A stretch of 64,000 nt of DNA. It comes from Eledone cirrhosa (lineage: Eukaryota). The DNA is taken from assembly GCA_964016885.1 (NCBI GenBank), contig OZ024754.1:14012001-14076000 (forward strand), written 5' to 3'. This document shows, in pieces, positions 26,348-39,524 of this stretch (positions are counted from its first letter, which is position 1; each line of letters begins with the position of its first letter). Under the pieces are notes generated by a model. That model made no database searches. It saw only the letters and a program-made list of their open reading frames with translations, and was not told the DNA's origin. The position numbers and the translations under genes are program-made.

Positions 26348-26811
26348 AACATATAATTTATATTCTGTTACAGAGTTCACTGGCTGAGCGACTTCTTCAC
26401 CTTTTGCTGCACTACCTGTTTGGAATTTCAGATTATCAAACAGCTTTGATGAATATTTATGAAATTTCAAATTTTAAGCTTGTAATCAGTAATAATTAAA
26501 GAAATAAAGATGCATATACAAAACAACTGAAAGTGTAATGTGTATATATATAAATATCATCATCATCATCATCATAATTGTTTTAACGTCCACTTTCCTT
26601 GCTAGCAAGGGTTGTATGTGTCTACAACATAGACCAGGTCAGTACTGTAGTGGGGCTACTGACCTCTGGATAGGCCAATATTTGAGTAAAGACTTAATTT
26701 TTAATGTGATGCAGCAAATGCAGTTTTATATGATTTGTTAATTCAAATGTTTATAGTATCTTCACTAGTTAACAGGTTGCTGTGAAAACTTGCACTATTA
26801 GAATAAACACT

Positions 26812-27286
26812 TTAACCTGTTGACTGCCATGTATATTTTACACAGCTACAGTTGCTGTGCCGTTTTTTTTTGTTTTCTTTTTGTTTTGTTTTTCAGTAAA
26901 ATAAACTATTTTTTAAAACAAACATTCATTAACAACACATATCTGAATGATTGACAAATGTCACATCAATAAACTAGTAGCCCCATCTAGCTTTGCAGTT
27001 ATGAACTGTTGGAAACAAGTTCATAACTTTGAAGTTATGAACTGTTGGAAACGAGTTCATAACTTTGAAGTTATGAACTGTTGGAAACGAGTTCATAACT
27101 TTGAAGTTATGAACTGTTGGAAACGAGTTCATAACTTTGAAGTTATGAACTGTTGGAAACGAGTTCATAAATTTGAAGTTATGAACTGTTGGAAACAAGT
27201 TCATAACTTTGAAGTTATGAACTGTTGGAAACGAGTTCATAACTTTGAAGTTATGACTGTTGGAAACAAGGCACAGAAGAGGTTAA
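26812..27286. mobile_element. TTAA-flanked MITE-2 with an internal 36-bp minisatellite
   Basis: TTAA-CCTGTTGACTGCC ... GGCACAGAAGAGG-TTAA; inverted relative at 39779-40146. Confidence 0.78.
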
Positions 27287-27520
27287 TGTTTAATGTGATG
27301 TAGTCATAGTGATGTTTTATACTTTTCAAGAACATCTTGCTAATGCAAATTCCTATCAAGTAATACCTTTATTTACTGATTGGTCAATAAAATCAAAATT
27401 AAAAGAAGTAAAACATTGGTGGATAATAAATGTTTCTTTTATTAAATTGGTTTTATGTATAAATGGGAAACTTGGTACAGTATTGAAGTGGTGAATAAAT
27501 GGAAACAATATATATATATG

Positions 27521-27623
<103 letters not shown>

Positions 27624-27753
27624 AATATTTACTCCAGAAGTCTGTCGAGTGCTCTGAATCAGTTATAAACATTTATATTTGCTGTATTTCCAACAAATTA
27701 AAAATCCCTTCTACTTATATACATACATATATATATATATATATGATGATATA

Positions 27754-28130
27754 TCATCATCATCATCATCATCATCATCATTTTACGTCCGCTTTTCCCT
27801 GCTTGCAAGGGTGAGACAGGAACTGATTCTGGCTTGATTTCTACAGCTAGATGCCCTTCCTAACACCAACCTCATTTACAGTGAGTGCTGGGTGCTTTTT
27901 TGCCGTGGCACCTCCACGACCACTTTGCAGTGGAATGATATGGACTCCAGTCCCTATCATCTCATTTCTACAGCTGAGTAAACTGGAGCAATGTGAAATA
28001 AAGTGTCTTGCTCAAGGTGATGTGTCTTGCACATCACCCGGTCTGAGAATGGAACTCACAACCTTTTGATTGCAAGGCCAATGCTCTAACCACTAAGCCA
28101 TGTGCCTCCATCACTAAGCCATGTGCCTCC
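27754..28130 (-). mobile_element. SINE-A with duplicated 5' 21 nt
   Basis: Full-length copy; CACTAAGCCATGTGCCTCCAT occurs twice. Confidence 0.88.
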
Positions 28131-29567
28131 ATATATCTATCTATCTAAGGCGGGTAAAATTCCCGAGATCCATGGACGAGTTCTCTCCAGCGGTCTCTGT
28201 CCCTCATTATCGCTGCCATATCCTGCATCTCCAACAGACCAGTGTCTGTCCTTAGGGCATCAACACATGTTAACCTTGGTCTTCCTCTTCTAGTGTGTCC
28301 ATGTATATATATATCATCATATATATATATATCATATATATATATATCATCATTTTACATCTGCTTTTCCCTGCTTGCAAGGGTGGGACGGGTCCTCTTC
28401 AGCACAGCATCTCTCCATGTGTATAAGACCATTATTGACCCAATCAATCTACTAACCCGCAGTAAACATCCTGAACCAAATGCCAACTTATATCCATGAC
28501 TCCTGCCAAACCGTACTCACCCTCCAAATCTGACAAATCAAACGCCACCCACCCATATGTAACCAGACTGCAACAGCGATGTAATGGGGGAAGACATACG
28601 CTATCTATCAAGGTGCAACTGTCATATTATGTAGTTTCTATATAATAAAGCCAAAGCTATTATCATCTGTAGCAACTACAACCCCATTATGTAATAAGCC
28701 ATGTTCCACCTCCTCCCATTGTCTCTCAACTTTAAACCCTCATACTATCCACTTAGATGACAGGATGCCATACGTTGAGAAGTCTAGTTCTTACAACACA
28801 AGATAAAACCAAAAAAATATTAATAATCATGAAAATACTGAAGCCATTAAAGAAATAAGTGAAATGAATCCAAGATAAAAAAACACAAATATGATATAAA
28901 AAATATAGCAATATATAAAATATATAACAATAGGCGATGAAAAAGGTATAAACCTCAATGTCATTATTTACATAGGGTGGTGGATTGACAATATCGGTAG
29001 AGGGTCGGACTGCATGCTTTGCAGCATAGAGTTACGGCCCTTTACGATCTGAGTTCAAATCCCACCAAGGTTAACTTTGCCTTTCATCCTTACGGGGTCG
29101 ATAAAATAAAGCACCAGTAATGCACTGGGGTAATTGCTGGCCTTGTGTGCCAAAAGTAAAAACAATTATTTAAATAGAAATTAATATAATATACAGACAT
29201 GAATCTATAACACAATCCAGATTAAATCATATATACATGAACCTACATGTACAAATAAAATCAGCCAGGTAATCAGAGATTATGAAAATTACTGACTTAC
29301 CTATTTTGACCATTGTTAAGAATGTGACCATTCTTCAAGGCCAACACAGAGAAAAGAAATGATCAGACAAAGAATCCCTAGCTTAATATGGCACTTCGGT
29401 CAAGTATCAGTCAGATCAAAAGAGAAACAAATCCCTTTAAAATTAAACCGGCCACATCAGGCCAGAATTATCTCACCTCTTTCTGTGAGTACATAGGCAA
29501 AACTCCATCCAGAATGAAGAACATCAAACTCTACTTCGGTGTTGAGTACTCATTCTCATATCTGTCA

Positions 29568-29603
<36 letters not shown>

Positions 29604-29801
29604 TAAGTAAACCACGATTCTGATGAGCCGTTGATTCTAGAATCGGGCATGCTCAATACTGATTGTACCTTGATCGGATCAATTGTGGAATGCACACTGA
29701 ACGTGAATAAACATAATGATGATATTTTGATACTTCGTTCCTTATTATTATTATATATATATATATATCATCATCATCATCATCGTTTTTACGTCTGATT
29801 G

Positions 29802-29836
<35 letters not shown>

Positions 29837-29873
29837 AGGAAGTTATAGTTCACCTGAAGCATTGTGTAATGGG

Positions 29874-30230
29874 GTATAAACGTTTGAATTTGTAAAGCCA
29901 AACAATGCAGGTATGGACATAGAATAAAAATGCAAATGCAAAAGATATTGTTGACAATTAGTCTTTTACCTTAGATTTATTTAAATGTCCTTAATTTTCG
30001 AGATAATATCTCTTCTTCGGAGGGAAGTAAAGCGGTTAAACCAGTGTTCTAAATAGCTTGGACAAGCTATTTAGAACACTGGTTTAACCCCTTTACTTCC
30101 CTCCGAAGAAGAGATATTATCTAAAAAATTAAGGACATTTAAATAAATCTAAGACAACAATATCTTTTGCATTTGCATTTTTATTCTATGTCCATACCTG
30201 CATTGTTTGGCTTTACAAATTCAAACGTTT

Positions 30231-30234
<4 letters not shown>
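29874..30234. repeat. Fold-back element, about 175-bp arms with a 2-nt loop
   Basis: Centre AAATAGCTTG-GA-CAAGCTATTT; flanked by (TA)n. Confidence 0.93.
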
Positions 30235-30288
<54 letters not shown>

Positions 30289-30909
30289 ATGTGTATGTAT
30301 ATATGTATATATATGTATATATATGTATATATATATATATATGTATATGTACATAAATGTATATATATATGTATATACATATACGTACATATATGTATGT
30401 ATATATATATATGTATATATCTATAAAAAAGAAAATTTAGCTCTACATGGCTGAATACAATAAATGTAATCTGAGTTTTTCGAATATTAATAATTGTTTC
30501 TACTTTTGGCACAAGGCCAGCAATTATCCCAGTGTTCAACTGGTACTTTATTTTATCGACCCTGTAAGGATGAAAGGCAAAGTTAACCTCGGCAGGATTT
30601 GAACGCAATCCGTAAAGGGACTTAACTGTGCTGCAAAGCATGGCGTCGGACCCTCTACCGATACTGCCAATCCACATAATAATGGCCATGTCAGTAGAAT
30701 GCCAACAATTCTGTTAGCATGCCAACACAAGAGCAAGAATGAAGTGTTCATTCTACTGACATGGCTATAAAGTTGAGGCTTGTTTGTATAATTACAAATG
30801 AATCAAATGTTATTATTAATATTCGAAAAACTCAGATTACATTTATTATATATGTATATATATATATGTATATTTATGTATATATATATTTATGTATATA
30901 TATATATAT

Positions 30910-31205
30910 GAAACACAAATTTAAATAATTTTGAAAAACATACAATGCACTAGAAAGAAAATTAAATTGCTAAGATAACAAAAGAATCTTACCTTAGCAA
31001 ATTTAATAATCCCAAATATTTTGGGGTTTAAAACCCATTATCAAGGGAGTATCCCTATGAGAGACTTAAAGGATCGATCGGACTTGTTTGGAAATTATTT
31101 GGGATTATTAAATTTGCTACAGTAAGATTTTTTTGTTATCTAAGAAATTTTAATTTTTTTTCTAGTGCATTGTATGGTTTTCAAAATTATTTAAATTTGT
31201 GTTTC
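30910..31205. repeat. Fold-back element, about 110-bp arms
   Basis: GAAACACAAATTTAAATAATTTTGAAAA... / ...TTTTCAAAATTATTTAAATTTGTGTTTC. Confidence 0.9.
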
Positions 31206-31579
31206 TTATTCAACAATGCTTCAAGCAAACTACAACACTCTGTTATATATATAGAGAGATATGTATATATCATCATCATCATCATTATCATTGTTTAACG
31301 TCTATCTTCCATGCTAGCATGGGTTTAGACGGGAATTGTCCAACTTGAGGCAAGATTGGTCGGCTCGTCTCGCTATATATATATATATATCTGTGTGTAT
31401 GTGTGTATGTGTGTGTGTGTATATATGATGCCAACAATGATGAGACTGTATCAATACCAATCTTCTCTGTTGTTATTAGTTGCTAACAGGATGGCTGAAG
31501 ATGATTAAATGTTCTTTGAAATATAACCATGAGGACAGAAGTTCTGGAGAGTTCTTTGAAAGACAGGAGAAAAACTTCT

Positions 31580-31654
31580 TCAGAGAGCTTCTGAATAATA
31601 AGATTCCTTTTCAAGGAACGTTTTTACCACATTCAAGCAGTATGTATAGGATGT
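31580..31654 (-). CDS. RPTP-like terminal coding exon
   Basis: ctctcttttcag| TSYTYCLNVVKTFLEKESYYSEAL-TGA; equivalent to the QYxFCY...YL...Y tail of RPTPs. Confidence 0.88.
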   Translation of the reverse strand, partial: TSYTYCLNVVKTFLEKESYYSEAL

Positions 31655-31735
31655 CTGAAAAGAGAGAGGCAAATATATATAGCAGATGATTGTTAGTGTA
31701 CATGAAAGCAATATTATATATATATATGTCTTGAT

Positions 31736-31779
<44 letters not shown>

Positions 31780-31843
31780 AATGAAGTAATTCCGTTGGAA
31801 AGGTCCAAGAAAAAAGACTGCTCTATGTAGGTCACAGAGCTTA

Positions 31844-32053
31844 ATAGTTATCTAATAAACAACATAAGATAATTATTTCATTTACCAGTGGTTTCTTTAA
31901 AGCAAACAAATCTGCTTTCAGTCATCAGAATTAAAAAATCCTGGTATTTAATAAAAACACCAGGATTTTTTCATTCTGATGACTGAAAGCAGATTTGTTT
32001 GCTTTCAAGAAACCACTGGTAAATGAAATAATTATCTTATGTTGTTTATTAGA

Positions 32054-32060
<7 letters not shown>
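31844..32060. repeat. Fold-back element, about 100-bp arms
   Basis: Near-perfect inverted repeat abutting (TA)n. Confidence 0.93.
31968..32028 (+). ncRNA. Type I hammerhead motif in the right arm of a fold-back element; mirror copy at about 31875-31935 (-)
   Basis: UUCAUU-CUGAUGA-cUGAAAGCAGA(uuug)UUUGCUUUCAa-GAAA-CC(acu)GG-UA-AAUGAA. Confidence 0.8.
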
Positions 32061-32102
<42 letters not shown>

Positions 32103-32324
32103 TATGTTAAGGTATCAATACATATTAAATATGTAATGATCATGTTTCTCAACAAAAAAGCTCAATGGACCTTAATTCAGAACATCAATTATACAAGTTC
32201 AAAATATATATAGAGACAAAAATGTATATATCTCTTGAGAAACATAACATTTTGTACATATATATAGAGCAAATAATATGTGGGAAAATATTCACACTTT
32301 AAGATGGCAATGATCATTGCCCCT

Positions 32325-32902
32325 TTAACTCTTTAGCATTTAAACCAGCCAAATCTGTCCAGAATTCTATCACCTCTTCCAGTTCAAACCGGCTGTAACC
32401 GGCTGTTCATAATTATGTTAAGGTATTGTTCTCAAAATAAATAATACCAAAATCTTGTAGATTTGATATTATGTGAGATAATTATGTGAAATAAAGTGTT
32501 TACCATGAAAATACAATAGTAAATATAGAGTAATCATCATCATCATCATCACCGTTTTACGTCAATGTTACCACGCTAACATGGGTTAGACAGGTTGTCC
32601 TGTTGTGGGCAATGCCAGGTCAGGCGACCATGTCTTGCTCATACAGGATTGATTTTGGCTTGGTTTCTACAGCTGGTACAGCTGGATGTCCTTCCTAACG
32701 CCAACCTCATTTACAGTGAGTGCTGGGTGTTTTTTTTACCATGGTGCCTACATGACCACTTTACAGAGTGGACTGGGTGCTTTTTGTTGTGACACCTACG
32801 TGACCACTTTACAGTGGGAGGGGCGTGGAGGGCATATTGTCTATATGCTTCAGCTTCGGCTTGTACCTGTGGGAACTCCAGGTCTTGATGCTAAAGGGTT
32901 AA
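32325..32902. mobile_element. piggyBac-like MITE-1 carrying an RTE 3'UTR-type insertion
   Basis: TTAA-CTCTTTAGCAT ... ATGCTAAAGGG-TTAA. Confidence 0.72.
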
Positions 32903-33055
32903 GGTGACAATAATTATTGCCACCTTAAAGTATGGATATTTTCCTACATATATATGTGTGCATGTGGGTGTGGACATCATTTTATCCTGACACCATCTCT
33001 ATAACAAAAGAAGTTAAATAAATAATATCAGATTTTAAAAAAAATAATCATTTAC

Positions 33056-33194
33056 CTTGTCAGGTACAATTTTCGGTTGAGATTTCTTCATTTGTCTCAA
33101 AAATCTGACGAAATTGACAGAAGATTGTTCAGCCTTTACCATACAAATTATAGAATAGAGGCCAATGAACAAACCACTTTTGGTACAACCATCT
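33056..33194 (-). CDS. RPTP-like D2 exon (signature 3' part)
   Basis: ttatag| RDGCTKSGLFIGLYSIICMVKAEQSSVNFVRFLRQMKKSQPKIVPDK |gtaaat. Confidence 0.9.
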
Positions 33195-33644
33195 CTATAA
33201 ATAGAACAATATACTGGTTGAATATTGCGTTACTGTAAGCAGTGAATATATATATATATGTGTGTATGTGTGTGCGTGTGTAGATATATATAAAATAACA
33301 AATTAAAGTTTAAGCAAAGAATCGCTGCTTTCACCCTTAACAAGATCTTCTGATAATATATATATTATCCTTATCAAGCCCTCTTCGGATTTTAGTCTTC
33401 ACATTTATTATTATTACTATATATATATATATATTGCACTCAGTGCTCCTGGGGGAGCCCCTACATGGACACACTGGAAGAGGAAGACCAAGGTTAACGT
33501 ATGTTGATGCCCTAAGGACAGACACTGGTCTGTTGGAGATGCAGGACATGGCAGCGATAATGAGGGACAGAGACCGCTGGAGAGAACTCGTCCATGTATC
33601 TCGGGAATTTTACCCGCCCTAGATATATATATTATTTATTATTG

Positions 33645-33829
33645 TGGATTGGCAGTATTGGTAGAGGGTCGGACGCCATGCTTTCCAGCATAGTTACGTC
33701 CCTTTACGATCTGAGTTCAAATCCCGCCGAGGTTGACTTTGCCTTTCATCCTTACGGGGTCGATAAAATAAAGTACCAGTAATGCACTGGGTAATTTGCT
33801 GGCCTTGTGCCTAAAGTAGAAACAATTAT

Positions 33830-33832
<3 letters not shown>
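33645..33832 (+). mobile_element. SINE-B, about 190 bp; representative of copies at about 6075, 6250, 11355, 19936, 20722, 21285, 28975, 30490, 37186, 37388, 55008, 57407
   Basis: GGCAGTATCGGTAGAG...GAGTTCAAATCC (B box)...GCCTTTCATCCTTACGGGGTCGATAAAATAAAGTACCAG...GGCCTTGTGCC..AGTAGAAAC(AAT)n. Confidence 0.85.
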
Positions 33833-33873
<41 letters not shown>

Positions 33874-33937
33874 TTATATATATATAAACAAGAAGTGTAA
33901 GTCAACAGGATAAAATTAGTTTCATTTATTCATATTC

Positions 33938-33996
33938 GCTCCTATATATATTTCAGTGATAGCCATTATTCAACAGCTATGACCTCATCAGGCAGT
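33938..33996 (-). ncRNA. Hammerhead motif with eroded stem I
   Basis: ACUGC-CUGAUGA-GGUCAUAGCUGUU(gaau)AAUGGCUAUCACU-GAAA-UAUAUAUA-GGAGC. Confidence 0.62.
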
Positions 33997-34195
33997 AAGA
34001 ACTTGACCAAAAAAAACAGGAAAACATAATGTTGTAATAGATTTTACCTTGTTAGTCCATTGATATGCTCAGATCCAGAGTATATACACACATATATACC
34101 TATGCGTATATACGTGTGCCTGTGTGCGTGTGTGTGCATGTGTGTGTGTGTATATATTCAATATAAGATGTACTAATGATGCTCAACCAACTTAC

Positions 34196-34344
34196 CTACA
34201 ATGTACAGCTATTGCCATATCTCTGCTGTTCTGTTGTGAGACTGCTTCTATAAAACAAAGCATGTCCTTGCAAGGGGGTAACTCGTGTTTGTCAGGCCAG
34301 AATGTTGCATCAAAGTGGTTCACAATGGTGTAATAACTTGACTC
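34196..34344 (-). CDS. RPTP-like D2 exon (WPD loop, VHC)
   Basis: ttgtag| ESSYYTIVNHFDATFWPDKHELPPCKDMLCFIEAVSQQNSRDMAIAVHC |gtaag. Confidence 0.92.
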
Positions 34345-34401
34345 CTACAAACAACATAGTGTATATATTATATATATCATATCACTGAAAGATATCACAC
34401 A

Positions 34402-34740
34402 TCATCATCATCATCATCATTTCATTTTACGTCCGTTTTTTTCCCTGCTTGCAAGGGTAGGACGGGAACTGCTTCTGGCTTGATATCTACAGCTGGATGC
34501 CCTTCCTAACAACAACCTCATTTACAGTGAGTGCTGGGTGCTTTTTTGCTGTGGCACCTGCACGACCACTTTGCAGTGGAATGATAGGGACCCAAGTCCC
34601 TATCATCTCATTTCTACAACTGAGTAAACTGGAGCAATGTGAAATAAAGTGTCTTGCTCAAGGAAACAACACATCACCCGGTCTGAGAATTGAACTCACA
34701 ACCTTTCGATTGCAAGGCCAATGCTCTAACCATGTGCCTC
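34402..34740 (-). mobile_element. SINE-A
   Basis: Near full-length copy. Confidence 0.88.
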
Positions 34741-34741
34741 A

Positions 34742-35418
34742 GTGATATGATATATATAATATACACAGTGTATATATTATATATATCATATCACTGAGAG
34801 ATATCACACAGTGTATATATTATATATATCATATCTCTGAGAGATATCACAGTGTATATATTATATATATCATATCACTGAGAGATTATCACACAGTGTA
34901 TATATTATATATATCATATCACTGAGAGATATCACACAGTGTATATATTATATATATCATATCACTGAGAGATATCACATAGTGTATATATTATATATAT
35001 CATATCACTGAGAGATCTCACACAGTGTATATATTATATATATCACATCACTGAGAGATAGCACACAGTGTATATATTATATATATCATATCACTGAGAG
35101 ATATCACATAGTGTATATATTATATATATCATATCACTGAGGGATTATCACACAGTGTATATATTATATATATCATATCACTGAGAGATATCAGACAGTG
35201 TATATATTATATATATTATATATATGATAGCACTGAGAGATATCACATAGTGTATATATTATATATATCATATCACTGAGAGATATCTCGGTGTATATAT
35301 TATATATATCATATCACTGAGAGATATCGCATAGTGTATATATTATATATATCATATCACTGAGAGATATCACATAGTGTATATATTATATATATCACAT
35401 CACTGAGAGATATCACAT
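34742..35418. repeat. 41-44 bp minisatellite
   Basis: CACTGAGAGATATCACACAGTGTATATATTATATATATCATAT units; one unit also at 34357-34400. Confidence 0.93.
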
Positions 35419-36041
35419 GTGCTGGTTGTGGAGGTGGTGGTGGTGGTGGTGGTGGTAATGGTGGTGGTGGTGGTGGTGGTGGTGGATGTGCTGATGGGGG
35501 AGGTGATGGTGGTGGAGGTGATGGTGGGGGAGGTGATGGTAGTGGGATGTGCTGGTGGTAGTGGTGATGGTGGTGGGGTATACTGGTGGTGGGGGTGATG
35601 GTGGTGGGGTGTACTGGTGGTGGAGGTGATGGTGGTGGGGTATTATACTGGCGGTGGATGTGATGATGGTGGGGTATTATACTGGCAGTGGATGTGATGT
35701 TGGTGGGGTGTACTGGTGGTGGAGGTGATGGTGGTGGGGTGGAGGTGCCGGCGGGGCAGGTGCTGGTGTGGGTGGTGGAGGTGCTGGTGTGGAAGGTGAG
35801 AGTAGGGGAGATGCTGGTGGTGGAGGTGCTGGCCGGGGCAGGTGCTTGCGGGGGAAGGTGATGGTGGGGGAGATGAAGAGGATGGGGACAAGGGCAAGGA
35901 AGAAAAAGAGCAGGCGAATGAGGTGGAGGAAGAAGAAGAGAATGAGGAAGGAGGAGGTGGAGGAGGAGGTGAAGGTGGAGGAACGGAGCAGAATCTACAA
36001 TTTAAAATGTGCAACAATAAAGTTGTTGTAGAAGTGCTTAC

Positions 36042-36173
36042 CTCTTTTTTAAAAGATATTCTCAAGACACTGCGTTGGAATAAATCATTCTCTATGAAAT
36101 TAATAAGCTCTAAGTTAAAGGGACCAAAATCAAGAGAACAACCAATTTTCTTTGGCAAATAACTGAGAATTTC
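36042..36173 (-). CDS. RPTP-like D2 exon
   Basis: atgcag| EILSYLPKKIGCSLDFGPFNLELINFIENDLFQRSVLRISFKKE |gtaagc. Confidence 0.88.
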
Positions 36174-36217
36174 CTGCATAGAAAAGCAAAAATATTATAA
36201 GAGTAGGGTGTTGAATT

Positions 36218-36700
36218 GATGGTCTGGGGTAACTACAGGGGTATTAAGTTGATGGACTCGGACATGATAATTACGAAAAGGGTTATAGCATATTGTATGA
36301 TAATTACGAAAAGGGTTATAGCATATTGTATGATAATTACCAAAAGGGTTATAGCATATTTTATGATAATTACCAAAAGGGTTATAGCATATTTTATGAT
36401 AATTACCAAAAGGGTTAAAAACGGGGTAATAGCATAGTTTATGATAATTACCAAAAGGGTTATAACATATTTAATTAGAGTCAGAATCAAGCTAGATGAG
36501 ATGTAATACAGCTATATGCCCTCTTCTTTGTGAGAGAACTGCAGAAGAAATACTTGGCAAAGAGTAAGCCTCTGTACCTGGCTTTTGTGGATTTAGAGAA
36601 GGCATTTGACAGTGGTCCCTGTTCTGTAATCTTGTGAGTACCAAGAGAGGTAGGCATAAATGAATGGCTTGCAAGGACCTTGCAAGCTAGGTACAGATAC
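36218..36700 (+). mobile_element. Decayed RTE reverse-transcriptase fragment containing a 36-bp tandem expansion (36263-36478)
   Basis: GNYRGIKLMD...LQKKYLAKSKPLYLAFVDLEKAFD, homologous to the ORF at 42345-44417. Confidence 0.8.
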
Positions 36701-37654
36701 AATTATATCAACAGCTGCTCATAAAATTAATGTGCAAGTGGCTGAGCATTTCATAGACATCTAGTTCTCAGGAAGATTCAGTATCACACAGAATATGACC
36801 ACAGAATACGACCCTTCGATTCATGGGTACAACTCATTTTTGGACTGGAGAAACATAGAATAAAGTGTCTTGCTCAAGGACATAATGTGCCACTTGGAAT
36901 AGAACTCATAACCTTACAATTGTAGGCTAAATGCCCTAACCACAAAGTAACATGTTTTTATCAGAGGAGAGACTGCTTAAACACATGCTTATGGCTATAG
37001 GTATTACTAATAACACTTTGTAAATGGTTAGAATTTATAAATAGAGGTTGATTATTACATTTCTTAGAGTTTGAATGAACACTTCATGTTTTACAATCAC
37101 ATTCATTTGACCCCTTATAGAATAGAAACAAAATAACAATAGATTTGAAATAGAAATAGAAGCTTCACCATAATAGTATGACTTAATAATTGTTTCTAGT
37201 TTTGGCACAAGGCCAGCAATTACTTCAGTGTATTACTGGTACTTTATTTTATCGACCCTGTAAGGATGAAAGGCAAAGATAACCGCGGTGGGATTTGAAC
37301 TCAGAATGGCAAAGGCCGTAACTCTATGCGTCAAAGCATGACATCTGACCCTCTACCGATACTGCCAATCCACCGCCTTTATCCCTTAATAATTGTTTCT
37401 ACGTTAGGCACAAGGCCAGCAATTACCCAGTGCATTACTGGTACTTTATTTTATCGACCCCGTAAGGATGAAAGGCAAAGTTAACCTTGGCAGGATTTGA
37501 ACTCAGAATGGCAAGGGCCGTAACTATATACGTCAAAGCATGGCGTCCGACCCTCTACCAATACTGCCAATATAGTCTAATAATGGGGCATATGAAACTA
37601 GGGAACAGAACGAGATGGATATCAGCACACATTTCCTTAAAGGTTTTAACTTAC

Positions 37655-37777
37655 ATTGTCTCTGTCTCTAAATGTTACTATCGTGAAACAGCTGTGTTTA
37701 TTAATAATATTCAAAAATTCTAAAAAAGAATGTTGATCTGGAGACATAGCTAAGATGAACTTGTCCTCTTCATAGCC
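37655..37777 (-). CDS. RPTP-like D2 exon
   Basis: tttcag| GYEEDKFILAMSPDQHSFLEFLNIINKHSCFTIVTFRDRDN |gtaagt. Confidence 0.88.
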
Positions 37778-37874
37778 CTGAAAATACAACAACAATTGTC
37801 TAAAATATCATGTAGTAACATAATTTTAAAAGAAAATATAACTTATTTGTCTAAAGATCACTGGCAAGTTATAG

Positions 37875-39232
37875 TAGTATATTACTAAGTTAGTATAGTT
37901 TACTAACAACAACTATATCACTGAGTTAGTATAGCTTACTAACAACAACTGTATTACTGAGTTAGTTAGTAAGCTTACTAAGAACAACTATATCACTGAG
38001 TTAGTTAGTATAGTTTACTAACAACAACTATATCACTGAGTTAGTTAGTATAGTTTACTAACAACAACTATATTACTAAGTTAGTTAGTATAGTTTACTA
38101 ACAACAACTGTATTACTGAGTTAGTTAGTATAGTTTACTAACAACAACTATATCACTGAGTTAGTTAGTATAGTTTACTAACAACAACTATATTACTAAG
38201 TTAGTTAGTATAGTTTACTAACAACAACTATATCACTGAGTTAGTATAGCTTACTAACAACAACTATATTATATTACTAAGTTAGTTAGTATAGCTTACT
38301 AACAACAACTGTATTACTGAGTTAGTTAGTATAGTTTACTAACATCAACTATATCACTGAGTTAGTATAGCTTACTAACAACAACTATATTATATTACTA
38401 AGTTAGTTAGTATAGCTTACTAACAACAACTGTATTACTGAGTTAGTTAGTATAGCTACTAACAACAACTATATTACTGAGTTAGTTAGTATAGCTACTA
38501 ACAACAACTATATTACTGAGTTAGTTAGTATAGCTACTAACAACAACTATATTACTGAGTTAGTATAGCTTACTAACAACAACTATATTACTGAGTTAAT
38601 ATAGCTACTAACAACAACTATATTACTGAGTTAGTTAGTATAGCTACAAACAACAACTATATCACTGAGTTAGTATAGCTTACTAACAACAACTATATTA
38701 CTGAGTTAGTATAACTACTAACAACAACTATATTACTAAGTTAGTATAGCTACTAACAACAACTACATTACTGAGTTAGTATAGCTACTAAAAACACCTA
38801 TATTACTGAGTTAGTTAGTATAGCTACTAACAACACCTATATTACTGAGTTAGTTAGTATAGCTACTAACAACAACTATATCACTAAGTTAGTTAATATA
38901 GCTTACTAACAACAACTATATTACTGAGTTAGTTAGTATAGCTACTAACAACAACTATATCACTGAGTTAGTTAGTATAGCTTACTAACAACATCTATAT
39001 CACTTAGTTAGTATAGCTTACTAACGACAACTATATTACTGAGTTAGTATAGCTTACTAACAACAACTATATCACTGAGTTAGTTAGTATAGCTTACTAA
39101 CAACAACTATATTACTGAGTTAGTTAGTATAGCTTACTAACAACAACTATATTACTGAGTTAGTATAGCTTACTAACAACAACTATATTACTAAGTTAGT
39201 TACTATAGCTCACTAACAACAACTATATCACA
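37875..39232. repeat. 35-40 bp minisatellite; same family at 50703-51156
   Basis: AACAACAACTATATTACTGAGTTAGTTAGTATAGCTTACT units. Confidence 0.95.
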
Positions 39233-39239
39233 TATATTA

Positions 39240-39443
39240 TATATACTCAAATATAAGCTGAGGAATGTGTGACCAAAAGATCGATGGTAGAGGGGGGTTG
39301 GTTTATATTGGGGGTCAATAATTTGATGGTTTTCACCATCAAATTCTATGTAAATAAGGTTTGGATTATTTCCCATTTCTCAGACATAAAATAGTGGGGT
39401 CAGCTTATATTTATATCAGCTTTTATTTGAGTATATACAGTAA
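39240..39443. mobile_element. Tc1/mariner-type MITE; second copy at 49703-49886
   Basis: Imperfect TIRs TATACTCAAATATAAGCTGA / TCAGCTT..TATTTGAGTATATAC. Confidence 0.65.
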
Positions 39444-39524
39444 ATATCATAAAGTGTTTTGTCTGACATTCTCATGATTCTGACAATCCACTTCTTGTTA
39501 CTTTCCTGAATGTCAGCTACTTAC

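Noticed and set aside
26374-26387. Candidate SRCR terminal exon (EFTG*), with an alternative at about 28757-28806 (DDRMPYVEKSSSYNTR*)
   Set aside because: Both have plausible acceptors and the right phase, but nothing in the sequence chooses between them or intron read-through after 23265; needs cDNA.
26997-27270. 36-bp palindromic repeats that look CRISPR-like
   Set aside because: Contiguous tandem units with no unique spacers, no cas genes and a eukaryotic context; they lie inside a MITE.
29301-29377. Minus-strand segment bounded by AG and GTAAGT
   Set aside because: It lies downstream of the PTP stop and has stops in all three frames; at most a UTR exon.
29620-29655. CTGATGAG motifs at 29620 and 58082
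   Set aside because: Probably decayed hammerheads, but GAAA, stem III or stem I cannot be closed convincingly.
35643-36041. Pro/Ser/His-rich extension of the 35643-36179 ORF
   Set aside because: Read-through past the GTAAGC donor into low-complexity intron; only 36042-36173 is PTP-like.
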